In this document: positions 63,868-64,000 of the stretch, piece by piece
Position numbering within the stretch: position 1 is the first letter of the stretch
How the letters are laid out: the number at the start of each line of letters is the position of its first letter
From: Candidatus Buchananbacteria bacterium
GTDB taxonomy: Bacteria > Patescibacteriota > Patescibacteriia > 2-01-FULL-39-33
NCBI GenBank assembly: GCA_030650095.1
Contig: JAUSEE010000036.1
Coordinates: forward strand, 6,490-70,489
Direction of reading: 5' to 3'
DNA: 64,000 nt
The notes under the pieces: model-generated
Database searches by the model: none
What the model was told of the DNA's origin: nothing
What the model saw: only the letters and a program-made list of their open reading frames with translations
Position numbers and translations under genes: made by a program

Positions 63868-64000
63868 ATTCTTTTTAATTTTAATTAATAATAAAAAATT
63901 TTCAAGTAATTGGACTTTTCGGTCCAGCTACCACCGACCTTTGTTGTAAAATGGTTACAAAACCATCTTTTTCTATAAAAAACACCCCAAAAAACAAAAT

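Noticed and set aside
1-64000. CRISPR arrays
   Set aside because: No regularly spaced direct repeats are visible. The only recurrent elements are the palindromic intergenic repeats and tRNA-derived duplications.

Overview
This is an AT-rich bacterial window with almost every gene on the minus strand. The gene content suggests a Patescibacteria/CPR-type small genome, inferred from many family-4 glycosyltransferases, a PduL-type phosphotransacylase beside acetate kinase, pyruvate phosphate dikinase, lamin-tail-domain and von Willebrand A surface proteins, and few biosynthetic genes. Housekeeping genes I can support from motifs are: tgt (partial, at the window start), rnpB (RNase P RNA with a near-consensus promoter), rnhA, recJ, lepA, murJ, ackA, pduL, ppdK, a PfkB-family kinase, tdk, a TruB-TsaC fusion, uvrC, uvrA, uvrB, tRNA-Val, a cupredoxin, sodA, a uridine-kinase-like protein and a P-type ATPase. 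Coordinates 3854-13443 form a cell-envelope polysaccharide locus (three family-4 glycosyltransferases, a polyprenyl glycosylphosphotransferase and a large membrane protein). Coordinates 56035-63867 hold a cluster of secreted and surface proteins. The most interesting feature is a compositionally distinct, GC-richer island at about 44180-49780, next to tRNA-Val. It carries a four-gene minus-strand operon: a 785-aa protein with a C-terminal E2 (UBC-like) motif, a JAB/JAMM metalloprotease, a ThiF/E1-like adenylyltransferase and a tandem beta-grasp ubiquitin-like protein. Together these look like a bacterial ubiquitin-like conjugation system of the Bil/Bub type that has been linked to antiphage defence. 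The island is bounded by a tRNA fragment duplication, a GIY-YIG gene interrupted by an in-frame 141-bp insertion, and copies of a mosaic palindromic repeat family (GTCATTGCGAG.../GTCATCCCGAG...) that recurs at least nine times in the window. Other notable items are three isolated GC-rich small plus-strand genes with near-consensus promoters and terminators, a pair of unusual Cys-rich zinc-finger-like small proteins, and duplicated modules of a lipoprotein followed by small membrane peptides.
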